Below are positions 44,809 to 56,054 of a DNA stretch of 64,000 bases, piece by piece. The first letter of the stretch is position 1, and each line of letters opens with the position of its first letter. Source of the DNA: an uncultured Planctomycetaceae bacterium (GTDB lineage Bacteria; Planctomycetota; Planctomycetia; Pirellulales; PALSA-1355); NCBI GenBank assembly GCA_963785305.1, contig CAWAUV010000008.1, forward strand, positions 480,001-544,000, read 5' to 3'. The position numbers were made by a program, and so were the translations under genes. The notes under the pieces are model-generated. The model searched no databases. It was not told the origin of the DNA and worked only from the letters and a program-made list of their open reading frames with translations.

Positions 44809-46317
44809 TTACGTTTTCTTTAGTTTCGCGAGCGGCGGTCGGGTTTTCCCCGTGGACGAGGCGCCTTGGTCGGACTTCGTGGCCGGCTTGGCGTCGTGTT
44901 TCTCGTTGGGGCGAAGTTTGAGGGTAACGGCGCCTTTGTTATCGGCCAGTTTGTTCCAAGCTTTGCTCGCCCGGACATAAAGCTGACCCTCGGCGGCCAG
45001 TGACAACGTGCCGGAAACCCCGAGATCAAACGGCTCGCCCAAGGAAAAGTCGTTGAAGAGCACACCCAGCAGCCGGCCATCGCCGCGAGCGTCGCCATCG
45101 GCCGAGAGTTCGGGCCCGGCGGGATCGACCTGCCAAGCGCCGGTGGTTGAGAACTCGTAGGTCCGGCCGGCCTTGAGCGTCGCGCCGGTGGGCTGCCAAC
45201 CGCGCCGCGCCTCGACTTTCACTTGAACGGCGGCATCGGTGAGCGGCTTGAATTTTTTCTTCCAGTCCCAACTCGTCAGGTCGACACGGTAGCCTTGGTC
45301 CACGTGGCCGACGAAGAACCGATATTCGAAATCGACCTGCTTGGCCACGGCGCCATAGGTGTCTTCGAAGCTCACGTCTTGTTCGGTGAGAAAGCCGAGC
45401 CCCAGCGGTCGAAAACGGCTCGCGTAATTGGGATTGTTGGCCAGCATGTGACACAGAGCCCAGCGCCAAGCGTAGTTCCGCCAGGAGTCGGTCGCCATGT
45501 TGAGCGCGCTGTTCGTGTTGACGATCTCGTCGAGCGATTGCGGCTCGGCGTGTCGCAGATAGTCGAGCACATGCGGATCGATCTTCACGCTCGTGTCGTC
45601 AGGCTGCCAGAAGTGGCCCATCTCGGCCATGCCTTCGGCATACCAGAGCGGGCCGCCGGCGCCGAAGGTTTGTCCGCAATAGGCGTGGACCGATTCGTGC
45701 TGGGCCACGCCGTCGCGCGCCACGGCATAGACCGTGGCTCGGGCCTCGACCTTTTGGCCGCCCAGTGTGCGGGTGGCGGTGAGTGTGATACCGCCGCCGG
45801 AGCGAATCTTCTCCAGCCCGGCCGGATGCAGAGAACCGGCCGGCCAGTGGTTCAAATCCGCGACCACAAAGCACTCGATCACGCCGGCCGGCGGGCGACC
45901 CCAGTAGCGGGCGATCAGGCCTTGAATCGTTTCAAGCCGCGCGAGCAGCCGCTTGGCGTCTTTCGGGGCCATATCGCTGTGCAGGAGAAAATGCGCGGAG
46001 TGATAATCCGCCGGCGCCGGAAGCGATTCGCCGGGCTCTTCCGGCGGATCGTCGGCCGCGGGCGCGTTGGCCGGCCGCGGCCGCGGGGAATGCGCCGGTC
46101 GCGGCGCCGGTGGCCGCGCATGGGCGACCGAGCCAAGGCCGATCGACATGGCTCTCGGCTTTTCAAGCGAATTCGCGCGCGGGCCGACAGGCGCCACATC
46201 CAAATAGCAGGTCGCCATGATCGCCAGCAACATCGCGAGCGGCGGCGAAAGCGAACGCCGCGCGGCCCACCCACGGAGCCTCGCGAAAGAAACTCGAAGC
46301 GAGAAGTTGCGTTTCAT
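44809..46317 (-). CDS. DUF1570-like HExxH zinc-dependent protein with a C-terminal beta domain
   Basis: HFLLHSD, QHESVHAY, PLWYAEGMAE, YAWRWALCHML, GWQPTG. Confidence 0.7.
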   Translation of the reverse strand: MKRNFSLRVSFARLRGWAARRSLSPPLAMLLAIMATCYLDVAPVGPRANSLEKPRAMSIGLGSVAHARPPAPRPAHSPRPRPANAPAADDPPEEPGESLPAPADYHSAHFLLHSDMAPKDAKRLLARLETIQGLIARYWGRPPAGVIECFVVADLNHWPAGSLHPAGLEKIRSGGGITLTATRTLGGQKVEARATVYAVARDGVAQHESVHAYCGQTFGAGGPLWYAEGMAEMGHFWQPDDTSVKIDPHVLDYLRHAEPQSLDEIVNTNSALNMATDSWRNYAWRWALCHMLANNPNYASRFRPLGLGFLTEQDVSFEDTYGAVAKQVDFEYRFFVGHVDQGYRVDLTSWDWKKKFKPLTDAAVQVKVEARRGWQPTGATLKAGRTYEFSTTGAWQVDPAGPELSADGDARGDGRLLGVLFNDFSLGEPFDLGVSGTLSLAAEGQLYVRASKAWNKLADNKGAVTLKLRPNEKHDAKPATKSDQGASSTGKTRPPLAKLKKT

Positions 46318-46774
46318 GACGCGCTCGCGCGAGGAGTCCGGTCGAAAGCGTGATAAAAAAAGCGTGATCCAAGCGTAATCCCTATCGCGACGCCCCAGGC
46401 AGCGTGGTTCAATCCATCCTACAGGCGGCCGCGGCGAGAAAAAAGACGATCGTTAGCCTATTAAACATCCAAACCGCGTTTCTCGCCGCGATTCGAGCGC
46501 GGCGCTTGCAACCGGAGCGAGGCGATTGCAGCGGAGTTTGCCGGCGATTGCAAGACAGTCACCCATTTGCGGCGTGGCCATCGTCGCCCGGATCGCCGCG
46601 CCGCCCTGGGTGATTGCCGCCGTTGGTGAGTGTCTGGAAATGGCCGTGGCACACGATAATCACCCACGACTCAATCGCCGGATTGCTTTGCATTGCGCTT
46701 GGCTGGCGCCGTATATTGATCGGTTGTCGCCGCCTCGCGAACAATCGATCCATTCATTTAACGAAAGCCTCGCC

Positions 46775-47872
46775 ATGATTCATTCTGCTTCCTTGCCGTC
46801 GGTTCGACGCGCGGCGCGGTTCGGGTTTCAATCGGTCGGGTTCGGAGCCCTGTTCGTCGGCGCGGTCGTTTCGGCCGCGATCGGTTCGGTCGCCGCCGCG
46901 AGCGCCGCCGAAAGCGCCGCCGGGACGCCGGAGTTTCCGCAAGAACCCGAGAACTGGATCAATAGCGGACCGATCAGTGTCGGCTCGCTCAAGGGCAAGG
47001 CGGCGTTTCTCTGGTTCTTCGAGGAAGGCTGCCCCACCTGCAAGGCCAAGTGGCCGGGACTGTTGGCCACGGCGGCGAAGTTCGAGGGCCAGCCGGTGCT
47101 GTTTATCGGCGTGAACTCGGGCAGTTCGCGTGAAGAGGTCGCCGAATACGCGCAAGACGTCGGATGCTCCTGGCCGATCATTGTCGACAGCACGCGGCTC
47201 TATGAAAAGCAAGTGCTCGATCATGAGATCAGTTTGAGCAATATCATGCAGGCCCGGGTGATTCGCGCCGACGGCGGCCTCGAGCACGGCGACTGGAGCA
47301 ATGTCGAGAAGACGATTCAGAGCGCGCTCAAGGGCGCCAAGTGGAAGGTCGATCCGGTGGGCGTGCCCGACTCGCTGCGGCCGGCGTGGCAGAGCATCGA
47401 GTTTGGCGACTATCCCGCGGCGGCGAGCCCGGTGAAAAAGGCGCTGCTCTCGAAGAAGCCCGACATCAAGAGCGCGGCGGAAAAGCTCAAGGCGGTGGTG
47501 CAGTCGGACATCGACATCGAACTGGCGTCGGCCAAAAAGGCGCTTGCCGCGGATCAGAAGTGGCAAGCCTATCAAACCTATCAAGCGCTGGCCCAGGACT
47601 TCGCCGGCTACGACCTCCCGCCCGACGCCGCGGAAGCCAAGAAGAAGCTGGCGGCCGATCCGGCGATCAAGCAGGAGATTCTGGCCGGGCAAAGTCTCGA
47701 CAAAGCGAAGAAGATCATGGCGAGCGGCAAGCCGAATTCGCACAAGAAGGTGGTGATTCTGCTGGAAAAGCTGGTAAAGGACCAAACCGACACGACCGCC
47801 GGCAAGGAGGCGAAAACCCTGCTCCAGCAATTCGAACGTGAATCCGGCGCCGCGAGCGACGCGAAAAATTAG
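46775..47872 (+). CDS. Exported TlpA/redoxin-like thioredoxin-fold protein with a helical C-terminus
   Basis: LKGKAAFLWFFEEGCPTC (CxxC), LFIGVNSG, WPIIVD, N-terminal hydrophobic segment. Confidence 0.82.
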   Translation: MIHSASLPSVRRAARFGFQSVGFGALFVGAVVSAAIGSVAAASAAESAAGTPEFPQEPENWINSGPISVGSLKGKAAFLWFFEEGCPTCKAKWPGLLATAAKFEGQPVLFIGVNSGSSREEVAEYAQDVGCSWPIIVDSTRLYEKQVLDHEISLSNIMQARVIRADGGLEHGDWSNVEKTIQSALKGAKWKVDPVGVPDSLRPAWQSIEFGDYPAAASPVKKALLSKKPDIKSAAEKLKAVVQSDIDIELASAKKALAADQKWQAYQTYQALAQDFAGYDLPPDAAEAKKKLAADPAIKQEILAGQSLDKAKKIMASGKPNSHKKVVILLEKLVKDQTDTTAGKEAKTLLQQFERESGAASDAKN

Positions 47873-48233
47873 CAACCTGTCAAAATATTTGACAGGCGCA
47901 TATCCAGGGCGGACACGGTTTCGTGTTCTTCGGATCTCGAGAACGTATCGAGAATGAAGGCTCTTTCGTTTCGAAGTTCAAGCGACGCCCAGGCGTATCG
48001 TGTTGGGCGGATCACGGAAGCCCTCGCTGACACATCGGGTTGGGAAGAAAACGCCACCCGATCACAACCCGACGCGTGACGGCTTGTTGATTTAGTCGCT
48101 TGAGATGGCGCGAGGGCCTGCTGCCCAAAACGAACTTTTTCGTCGAGCAACGCGCATCGAAACGGCACAACAAGAACGATTGACGCCAACATTTTGCCAA
48201 CTCGAAACTTTTCGTTCGAAACTTAATCCGTTC

Positions 48234-50075
48234 CTATGCCGCATTGGGGGCCTGGGGCGTCGGTGGCTCGAGTAGCGGGAGGTGAATCGTGAAGGTGCTG
48301 CCGGCGCCGAGCGTGCTTTTCACGGTCACGCGCCCGCCGTTGGCTTGCACGATGTGTTTCACGATCGCCAGGCCCAGCCCGGTGCCGCCCAGTTTGCGGC
48401 TGCGGGCCTTGTCGACGCGATAGAATCGCTCGAATACCCGCGAGAGATGCTTCGTGGCGATGCCCACTCCCCGGTCGCTTACCGTGATGGTCACCTCCTG
48501 GTCCGAACGGCTGCCGAGCACTTGCACCTCGCCGCCGGGCTCGCTGTATTTGATCGCGTTGTCGAGGAGATTGACGACCGCCTGTTCGAGCAACTGACTG
48601 TTGATATTGGCGCTCACGTTTTCGTCGCAAGCCGATTGCACCGTGATCCGCCGCTCGACGGCCTTGGCCTGACAATAGCCGACCGCGGCCTCGATCACCT
48701 CGCGAATCGAGCCGGGCGCCAGTTCGATGTGCGCTTCGTCCTCGCCTTGCTCGATCTTCGAGAGGCTGAGCAGATCGTCGATGATCGCGCTCAACCGATC
48801 GGCCTGCTTGGCCACGATCGTGAGAAAGCGCTCCGCGTCTTCCGGCTCGCGCATCGCGCCGTCGAGCAAGGTTTCGACAAAGCCCTTGATCGAAGTGACC
48901 GGCGTGCGCAGTTCATGCGAAACATTGGCCACGAAATCGCGGCGAATATGCTCCAAGCGGCGGAAGTCGGTGACATCGTTGAGCACGATCACGGCGCCGA
49001 TGGCCCGATTGGCGGCGTCGTGCAGCGCGGCGCCGCGGGCTTGCAGCACTCCCTCGTAGTCGCCATGCAGGGTGAGATCGTCGTCGATCGGTTCGCTGCT
49101 CGCCAGGGCGCGGGAAATAAAGCGGCGCAGGTCGGCGTGGCGCACCGCTTCCTGGAGCGAGCGGCCTTGGGCCGACGCTTGGTCGATGCCCAAAAGCTGC
49201 GTGGCGGCTTTGTTGAGGCTGATGATCCGCTCGTGGTTGTCGACCGCCAGCACGCCCTCGACCATGCTGCCGAGCACGGCCCGTTGCTCGTTGTTTTGCC
49301 GCACGATCGTGTCGATGCGCTCATGCAGCTGCGTGGCCATTTCGTTGAGCGATTGGGCCAAGCCGGCCAGCTCGCGCGATTCGTCGGGCCGCAGCTTGTA
49401 GTTCAACTCGCCGCGGGCAAAGCGTTCGGCGGCGCGGCGCATCTCCTCGAGCGGCCGGCTGATCCGGCGAGCCAAAAGCACGCTGGCCAAGGTGGCCGCG
49501 GCGGCGGCGGCCAAGCAAACGAGGACAATTCGAGCGCGGGCCGTGACGAGCGAAGGCGAGGCGCCCGCGGCGCGGAGCGAGGCCTCGACCACGCCCACCA
49601 CATTGTCGCCGCGCCGCACCGGCAGGGCCACGAGCCAGATCTCGCGATCGCTCGCCGGCTCGTGTCGCGCGCCGCGCGCGGCTTGGCCGGCAAGCGCTCG
49701 AATAAACTCGGGCCGATCGCCCTGCGGTTCCGCGTCTCGCGCCGCGCGGTCGCTATCCCAGGTCACGCGGCCATCGGGCGCGAGCAGTGTGTACCGGGCC
49801 CCCGCGGCTCGCGACCATTCGACGCCGCTTGCCAGCAAGTTCGCGGGAGGCTCGAAGGTCGAGGCGTCGGCGGGGGCCAACGTGGATGCGGTCTTGGGCG
49901 AGCTTTCGAGCTCGTGGCGCAAGAATCGGGCGCTGGCTTCGAGCTCGCTCCAGCGGGACTCGCGCGCGAACTCATCGCACTCGTGAACAGCCCACCAGCC
50001 CGTGATGCCCACGGCGAACAACGTCGGCGCCAGATACGACGGAAATAATCGCCAGAGTAGGCGGCGCTTAGGCAT
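48234..50075 (-). CDS. phoR: PhoR-like HAMP-PAS sensor histidine kinase
   Basis: RRDFVANVSHELRTPVTSIKGFVETL, NLLDNAIKYS, FERFYRVDKARSR, GGTGLGLAIVKH. Confidence 0.85.
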   Translation of the reverse strand: MPKRRLLWRLFPSYLAPTLFAVGITGWWAVHECDEFARESRWSELEASARFLRHELESSPKTASTLAPADASTFEPPANLLASGVEWSRAAGARYTLLAPDGRVTWDSDRAARDAEPQGDRPEFIRALAGQAARGARHEPASDREIWLVALPVRRGDNVVGVVEASLRAAGASPSLVTARARIVLVCLAAAAAATLASVLLARRISRPLEEMRRAAERFARGELNYKLRPDESRELAGLAQSLNEMATQLHERIDTIVRQNNEQRAVLGSMVEGVLAVDNHERIISLNKAATQLLGIDQASAQGRSLQEAVRHADLRRFISRALASSEPIDDDLTLHGDYEGVLQARGAALHDAANRAIGAVIVLNDVTDFRRLEHIRRDFVANVSHELRTPVTSIKGFVETLLDGAMREPEDAERFLTIVAKQADRLSAIIDDLLSLSKIEQGEDEAHIELAPGSIREVIEAAVGYCQAKAVERRITVQSACDENVSANINSQLLEQAVVNLLDNAIKYSEPGGEVQVLGSRSDQEVTITVSDRGVGIATKHLSRVFERFYRVDKARSRKLGGTGLGLAIVKHIVQANGGRVTVKSTLGAGSTFTIHLPLLEPPTPQAPNAA

Positions 50076-50773
50076 CAGAAATCTTTGAAACGATATCCCA
50101 CGCCGCGGACGGTTTCAATGTAATTGCCTACCGCCCCCAGCTTCTTGCGAAGGCCCACCACTTGAACGTCGACACTACGTTCCGTTACAGGATAGTCTTC
50201 GCCCTTCACGGCGTCCACGATCTGAGCCCGAGAAAACGCCCAGCCCGGCTTGCGGGCCAAGAAGCTCAATAGGCGAAACTCGGTGAATGTGAGGTCGAGC
50301 GGCTTTCCCTCGAGCAGCACTTCATGGCGACCCGGATGAATCAGCAGATTACGGATTCGGATCGCCCCTTCCTCGTCTTCCCGCGGCTCGGCGGATTTGT
50401 CCTTGCGGCGGAGCACCGCGCGAATTCGCGCCAGCAACACGCGCGGGCTAAACGGCTTGGGGAGGTAGTCGTCGGCGCCGAGCTCGAGGCCGGTCACCAC
50501 ATCGGCCTCTTCGCTCTTGGCAGTGACCATGATAATGGGAATATGCTTGGTGCGCGGATCGCCCTTGAGGGTCTTGCACACATCGAGCCCATCGACGCTC
50601 GGCAACAAGAGATCGAGCAGCACCAAGTCGGGCTGCACCTGTCGGGCTTCGTGAATCGCGTCTTCGCCCGACGCCACGCACACCACCTTGTAGCCTTCCT
50701 TGCCCAGGTTGTAGCGAATCAGCTCAAGCAGGTCTTCTTCGTCGTCCACGACCAAGATCGTAGCATTTGTCAT
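50075..50773 (-). CDS. OmpR/PhoB-family response regulator
   Basis: ILVVDDE, LVLLDLLLP, GADDYLPKPF, ERSVDVQV, IETVRGVGYRF. Stop overlaps the kinase start. Confidence 0.93.
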   Translation of the reverse strand: MTNATILVVDDEEDLLELIRYNLGKEGYKVVCVASGEDAIHEARQVQPDLVLLDLLLPSVDGLDVCKTLKGDPRTKHIPIIMVTAKSEEADVVTGLELGADDYLPKPFSPRVLLARIRAVLRRKDKSAEPREDEEGAIRIRNLLIHPGRHEVLLEGKPLDLTFTEFRLLSFLARKPGWAFSRAQIVDAVKGEDYPVTERSVDVQVVGLRKKLGAVGNYIETVRGVGYRFKDF

Positions 50774-51157
50774 ATCCGAGATTTCTCGCGCAAGGGACCA
50801 ATCCGAGGGAGCGCCAAATCGGCTCAGGCTCGAGCGATCCACCTGGGGGCCCCGCGAGGTCTGGAGTGCTTCATGGCTCATGTTATTCAAAGTGCCTCAG
50901 GGTTAGATGGCTCGGCGGCCGACCCGGACAGTGCGTCGGCTGGGCCTCAGTGTATCCCGGCGATGTTAGAATTCGATGTGCGCGAAACGCTGAAATGCTA
51001 GCATCTTGACTGCAAGCACGACTGGCAAGCACGGCGGCGAAAAGTACTTTTTCGTGTCGCCCGAACGGGCACGGGGCCCAGACACGAAAAGCCGGGCACT
51101 TCCGGTTCTGTATGCGGAGCGCACGGCAACGCATTGCGCCGGGCTGTTCGCGGAATC

Positions 51158-51223
51158 CCTCGCGGACGCGTCGGGTTGCGACGGCGGCGCCCTCGCGATC
51201 CCAACCCGACGCGTCAGCGAGGG
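51158..51223. repeat. REP-like pair (aacccgacgcgtcagcgaggg family)
   Basis: Inverted copies here. Further copies near 48020-48116, 60519-60540 and 61024-61044. Confidence 0.8.
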
Positions 51224-51536
51224 CAGGCCGAGGCGCAAAAAAAGCCGAAATCAGCGCGGGACGTCACGCTCCGCGGATGATTTCGGCTCGATGTGTCGTT
51301 GACCGAATTTCACTTCGGGCGACGCGTTTTTTCGCGGGCCACGTTTTTCAGCGGCGCCGCGTCCAATAGGGGGAGCACACACGCCATCGCGCGTGGCTTG
51401 ACCGCCTTGCTGGACCGGCAAAGTTCCATCGGCCGCTCAACGGGCAATCGCTCGAGGGCAGTTCGAGTGCAATTGCTCGCCACATTGCGACGATTTGTCT
51501 TGGAAGCCGGTCTTTGAAACAACAAGACCCAGCCGA

Positions 51537-51749
51537 TCAGGCCGGCGCCACCGAGGCGGCGCGAGGCCCTTTGCCCTTCGCGCTTTGCGCTTGCTCGATC
51601 GTGTATTCCACCTGTTGTCCTTCGGTCAGATCGTCGAAGCCTTGATTGGCCACGATCGAATGATGGAAAAACACGTCCTCGCCTCGCTCGGTTTGGATGA
51701 AGCCGAAGCCCTTTTCTTGCACCAATTTCTTAATTTTGCCGACCGCCAT
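51537..51749 (-). CDS. Cold-shock domain protein
   Basis: RNP1 KGFGFI, RNP2 VFFH, GKGPRA. Confidence 0.95.
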   Translation of the reverse strand: MAVGKIKKLVQEKGFGFIQTERGEDVFFHHSIVANQGFDDLTEGQQVEYTIEQAQSAKGKGPRAASVAPA

Positions 51750-52346
51750 ACGAACGAACTCCTCACGCATCTCGTGACAACGGAAAAAAAACGGAGCCCC
51801 CGAATCGCCTTGGCCCGAGTGTGCCTGGGCCGGCGCCGTGGCCCCGCCGCCGGGGTATCGAGACGATGGTAGCAGATGAAACGCTATCAATGAATAGGCA
51901 GATGTCGAAAATTTCCGAATTTTTGACTCCGGCGGCCCCCCGCTGGCGCATCCCGTGGCCGCGTGTCGCATTTTGCCATGCGACTTCGCTTGCCGTGGCA
52001 GCTCGGCCTCGTGCGGCCGGCGCCCGTTCCGCGGAGGTTTCGGTGTTACCAGCAGCCTGTTGAAAGTTGCCATCGAGGCAGTTTTTAACTGGCTGCGAGG
52101 CCCGATTAAAAACTTGCAACCTGCCGGGGGCATCGCCTGTCGAACACCACCTTAAGAAGTTATGATGAGGTGCATTTCGTTTTCGGTCGACTCGCGGCGC
52201 CCTCGGGGGGGCGGGTCGTTGTTCGCGGCGGTCGCGCGCGGGTTCTTTTAGCGAGAGGGCGGCCGCGGCGAGCGGTTCGATGGGCGAGTTGTTCGATGGG
52301 CGGGCGCCGGCGCTCGCGGGTTTTGAAAACAGGCGGTTCGTTTTTC

Positions 52347-53813
52347 ATGCGAGTTCCCCAGGTCGTCATTGTCGGCCGGCCCAATGTGGGCAAATCGAGC
52401 ATCTTCAACTGGCTCGCCCAGCGGCGGCTGGCGATTGTCGACGACACCGAAGGCGTGACCCGAGACCGGCTCACCTACTTCATGTGTCACCGTAGCCGAT
52501 TTTTCGACTTGGTCGACACCGGCGGCATCGGCTTCGAAGATCCCGACAACCTGACCGCCAAAATCGACCTGCAAATCACCGCCGCCATCGAATCGGCCGA
52601 CGTGCTGCTCTTCGTCGTCGATACCCGGGCCGGGCTCACGCCGCTCGATCAAGAAGTCGCTCGGCGACTGCGCTACTCGGACACGCCCGTGATTCTGGTC
52701 GCCAACAAGGCCGATGAAGCTCATTTCGACCCCCAGGCCGATGAGTTCTATAAGCTCGGGCGCGGCAAGCTGATCTGCGTGAGCACATTGCAGAATCGCC
52801 ATCGGGCGGTGCTGATGGATATGATCGTGCAGCGCTTGCCGGCCGATCCCGACGCGGTCGAGGGCGCCGAGCCGGTCCCGCCGGCCGAACCGGTAATGAA
52901 AGTGGCGATCGTCGGCCGGCGCAATGTGGGCAAGAGCACGTTCGTCAACACGCTCGCCCAGGCCGAGCGCGTGATCGTGAGCGAAGTGCCGGGCACGACT
53001 CGCGACAGCGTCGATGTGCGTTTCGAGCTCGATGGCAAATCGTTCATGGCGATCGACACTCCCGGCCTCAAGCGGGCCAAGACCGCGTCGGACCTCGAGT
53101 TTTATTCGAGCCACCGGGCCCAGCGCAGCATTCGCCGGGCCGACGTGGTGCTGCTGTTTCTCGATCCCACGCAGCGCATGAGCAAGCTCGAAAAGCAGCT
53201 TTCGGAATATGTCGCCGAGAACTACAAGCCCTGTGTGTTCGTCGTGAACAAGTGGGACCTCATGGCCGGCACGATGCCCACCTCGAAATGGGTCAGCTAC
53301 CTGCACGATTCATTTCGCAGCATGCGCTATGTGCCGATCGCGTTTATCACCGGCCAAACCGGCAAGAATGTCAAGGCCCTGCTCAACCACGCGCAAATGC
53401 TCTTCAAGCAATCGCTGCTCCGGGCCACGACCGGCGAACTGAATCGCGTGGTCCGCGACGCGTTGGCGCAAAATCCCCCGCCGCTGCATGAAAACAAGCG
53501 GCCCAAAATCTACTACGCCACGCAGGTCGGCACCCAACCGCCCACGATCGTGATGTTTTGCAACGACCCGCAATCGCTCGACGCCACCTATCGCCGTTAT
53601 TTGTTGGGCGTGTTTCGGCAGCGGCTGGCGTTTACCGAAGTGCCGATCAAGCTCTACTTGCGTCGCCGCGAGCAGGGCGACCGCCGCGATGAAGTCGAGC
53701 CGCATGTGCCCGACGGGCATGCGCCCAAGAATACCTCGCCCGAGCCGCATGGCGCCGGTCGCGGCCCCGCGCCGCAAGAAGCTTCGGCGCCCGACCACGA
53801 GCAGAGCGTGTGA
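52347..53813 (+). CDS. der: Ribosome biogenesis GTPase Der (EngA)
   Basis: Two G domains (GRPNVGKS/DTGG/NKAD and GRRNVGKS/DTPG/NKWD) plus the C-terminal KIYYATQ domain. Confidence 0.97.
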   Translation: MRVPQVVIVGRPNVGKSSIFNWLAQRRLAIVDDTEGVTRDRLTYFMCHRSRFFDLVDTGGIGFEDPDNLTAKIDLQITAAIESADVLLFVVDTRAGLTPLDQEVARRLRYSDTPVILVANKADEAHFDPQADEFYKLGRGKLICVSTLQNRHRAVLMDMIVQRLPADPDAVEGAEPVPPAEPVMKVAIVGRRNVGKSTFVNTLAQAERVIVSEVPGTTRDSVDVRFELDGKSFMAIDTPGLKRAKTASDLEFYSSHRAQRSIRRADVVLLFLDPTQRMSKLEKQLSEYVAENYKPCVFVVNKWDLMAGTMPTSKWVSYLHDSFRSMRYVPIAFITGQTGKNVKALLNHAQMLFKQSLLRATTGELNRVVRDALAQNPPPLHENKRPKIYYATQVGTQPPTIVMFCNDPQSLDATYRRYLLGVFRQRLAFTEVPIKLYLRRREQGDRRDEVEPHVPDGHAPKNTSPEPHGAGRGPAPQEASAPDHEQSV

Positions 53814-53875
53814 GGCGGCGCAATCGAGCAGGCTGCCTTCCTCGCGGCGAATTGGCGTCGGCCGGGAGTCGATCG

Positions 53876-55845
53876 TCACGCGCGCGAGCGGGCGCGCCGT
53901 TTGGCGGTGTTATGCAAATTCGAGGCAATCGCGAGAAGTTCGCCGGCCTCGACGGGCTTGGGTAGGTGCATCTGAAAGCCGGCCATCAGCGCTCGGTGGC
54001 GGTCCTCCGCTCGAGCGAAAGCGGTCAGCGCGACGGCGGGCGTGTCGCCTCCTTCTTGCTCGGAGAGCTGCCGCAGTTGCATCAAGAATTCGTATCCATC
54101 TTCGATCGGCATCCCAATATCGCTGAGGATCATGTCCGGGCGATGTTGCTTGACCGCTTCGAGGCCCTCGCCAGCGCTGGCGGCCGTGGTGACGGTTGCA
54201 TTGCATTTTTCGAGAATATATTGGATCACCATGCGGGCGTCGGCCTCGTCGTCGATCACCAACACATGGAACCCGCGCAGGTCGGGACTCGCGCCCCCCG
54301 CGGCGGGCGCCGGCGCGGGCGTCAGCAAGGGCTCTTGAGCGTCCCAGCGAACCGCCGCGAGCGGAAGCGAAACGATGAACGTGGCGCCACGGCCGAGCCC
54401 CTCGCTAAAAGCCTGGACGATTCCGCCGTGCAATTCGACAAGGGATTTGACGAGCGCCAGCCCGAGTCCCAAGCCGCCAAATTGCCGCGAAATCGAAGTA
54501 TCGGCTTGCGAAAATCGCGTGAACAAATGCGGCAAGAAATCCGCCGCGATTCCCTGACCGGAATCGACGACGCTTATCTCCACGTGGGAATTGACTCGCC
54601 GCAAAAATACCTGGATTCGCCCCGCCTTGGGCGTGAATTTAATGGCGTTGGCAAGAAGATTCCAAAGCACTTGGTGAAGCCGGCTCGGATCGCCCGTGAT
54701 CCATCCGCCTTTGGGGTCCAGGACTTTGGCGAGGCGAATTCCCTTGCCCTCCGCCGCCGGGCGCACGGATTCGATCGCCTCGCTGATGACGACTTGCAAA
54801 TCGACGGCTCGGACATCCAGCCTCAGCTTTCCGTTGATGATCCGCGACATGTCGAGTAGCTCTTCGATCAGTTGGGCCTGGGCCCGCGCATTGCGCTCGA
54901 TCACTTCAAGCCCTTGCTCATGGAGTTCGGAGGCGGCGGCTTCGGAGCGCAGAATCGTCGCCCAGCCAAGAATCGCATTCAGCGGAGTGCGCAGCTCGTG
55001 CGATAGCGTGGCGAGAAACTCATCCTTCATTTGGCTGACGCGTTCGGCGTCGAGCCGGGCCGCCGTCTCGCGCTTCAGCAGTTCCTCGCGTTCGCGAACA
55101 ATCCGCTTGATGCCGCTAATGTCCCGGGCGACTTTGGAAACTCCGATGACGTTGCCGGACAGGCCCTTGATGGGAGATATGGTGACTGAAATATCCAATT
55201 GACGCCCGTCCTTGCACACACGGACCGTTTCGAAGTGATCCACGCGCTCTCCCCGCCGGAGTTGGTCGAGAATCTTGGGCTCCTCATCAAGCCGGTCGGG
55301 CGGAAACAACACGGTAATCGACTTGCCGATCATCTCCTCCGCGGTGTAACCAAACATCCGCTCCGCGGCCGGATTCCAACTTTGCACGACGCCGTCGAGG
55401 TTTTTGCTGACAATGGCGTCGTCGGACGAAGCCACGATCGCCTTGAACTTGCCTTCCAGCTCGATGGCTTGGGTCAGGTCCCGGGCGACCTTCGACGCTC
55501 CGATAACCCTTCCCCGGCGATCATGAATCGGCGATATGGTCGCGGAAATTGCGATTTGCGAGCCGTCTTTGCGCACCCGGATGGTCTCGAAATGTTCGAC
55601 GCGCTCGCCCCGATGGAGCCGCGCAGAATATGAATCTCTTCGTCGAGCCGATCCGCGGGAAACAGAATGGTCATCGGCTTTCCGATAACCTCATCCGCCG
55701 TATAGCCGAAGATACGTTCGGCGGATTGATTCCAGCTTCGGATGATGCCGTTCAAATCCTTGCTGATAATAGCGTCGTCCGACGAGGCAACGATCGACGC
55801 GAGCAAGGCCTCGGCTTCTTCGGGCGAACTGACGTTTGGAATCAT
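53876..55845 (-). CDS. PAS-PAS hybrid histidine kinase with a receiver domain; frameshift near 55615
   Basis: Two PAS repeats (IVASSDDAI.SK), FLATLSHELRTPLN, GLGLGL, LSDIGMP...KP. Confidence 0.93.
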
Positions 55846-56054
55846 GAAACGAGCCGTGGCGTTCTGTTATTTCGCGGCAGAGGGGCGAAGCCCATTGTAC
55901 GACGCCGTAACTGCGTGGACCACGGCTCCCCAGGGCCCGCCCGACTGGGAGGCCCGACAAGCAATTCAAAGGGGCTCGACCGACTTTGAAATCGTTCGAG
56001 CCCCTTCGATTTTCAATTCAGCCCGCATCGGGACCGCGCCGCATCGTGAATCGA

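Noticed and set aside
47876..47896. ctgtca...tgacag as a Pho box near phoR
   Set aside because: It is an inverted, not direct, repeat, lies downstream of the genes, and matches family-A MITE ends.
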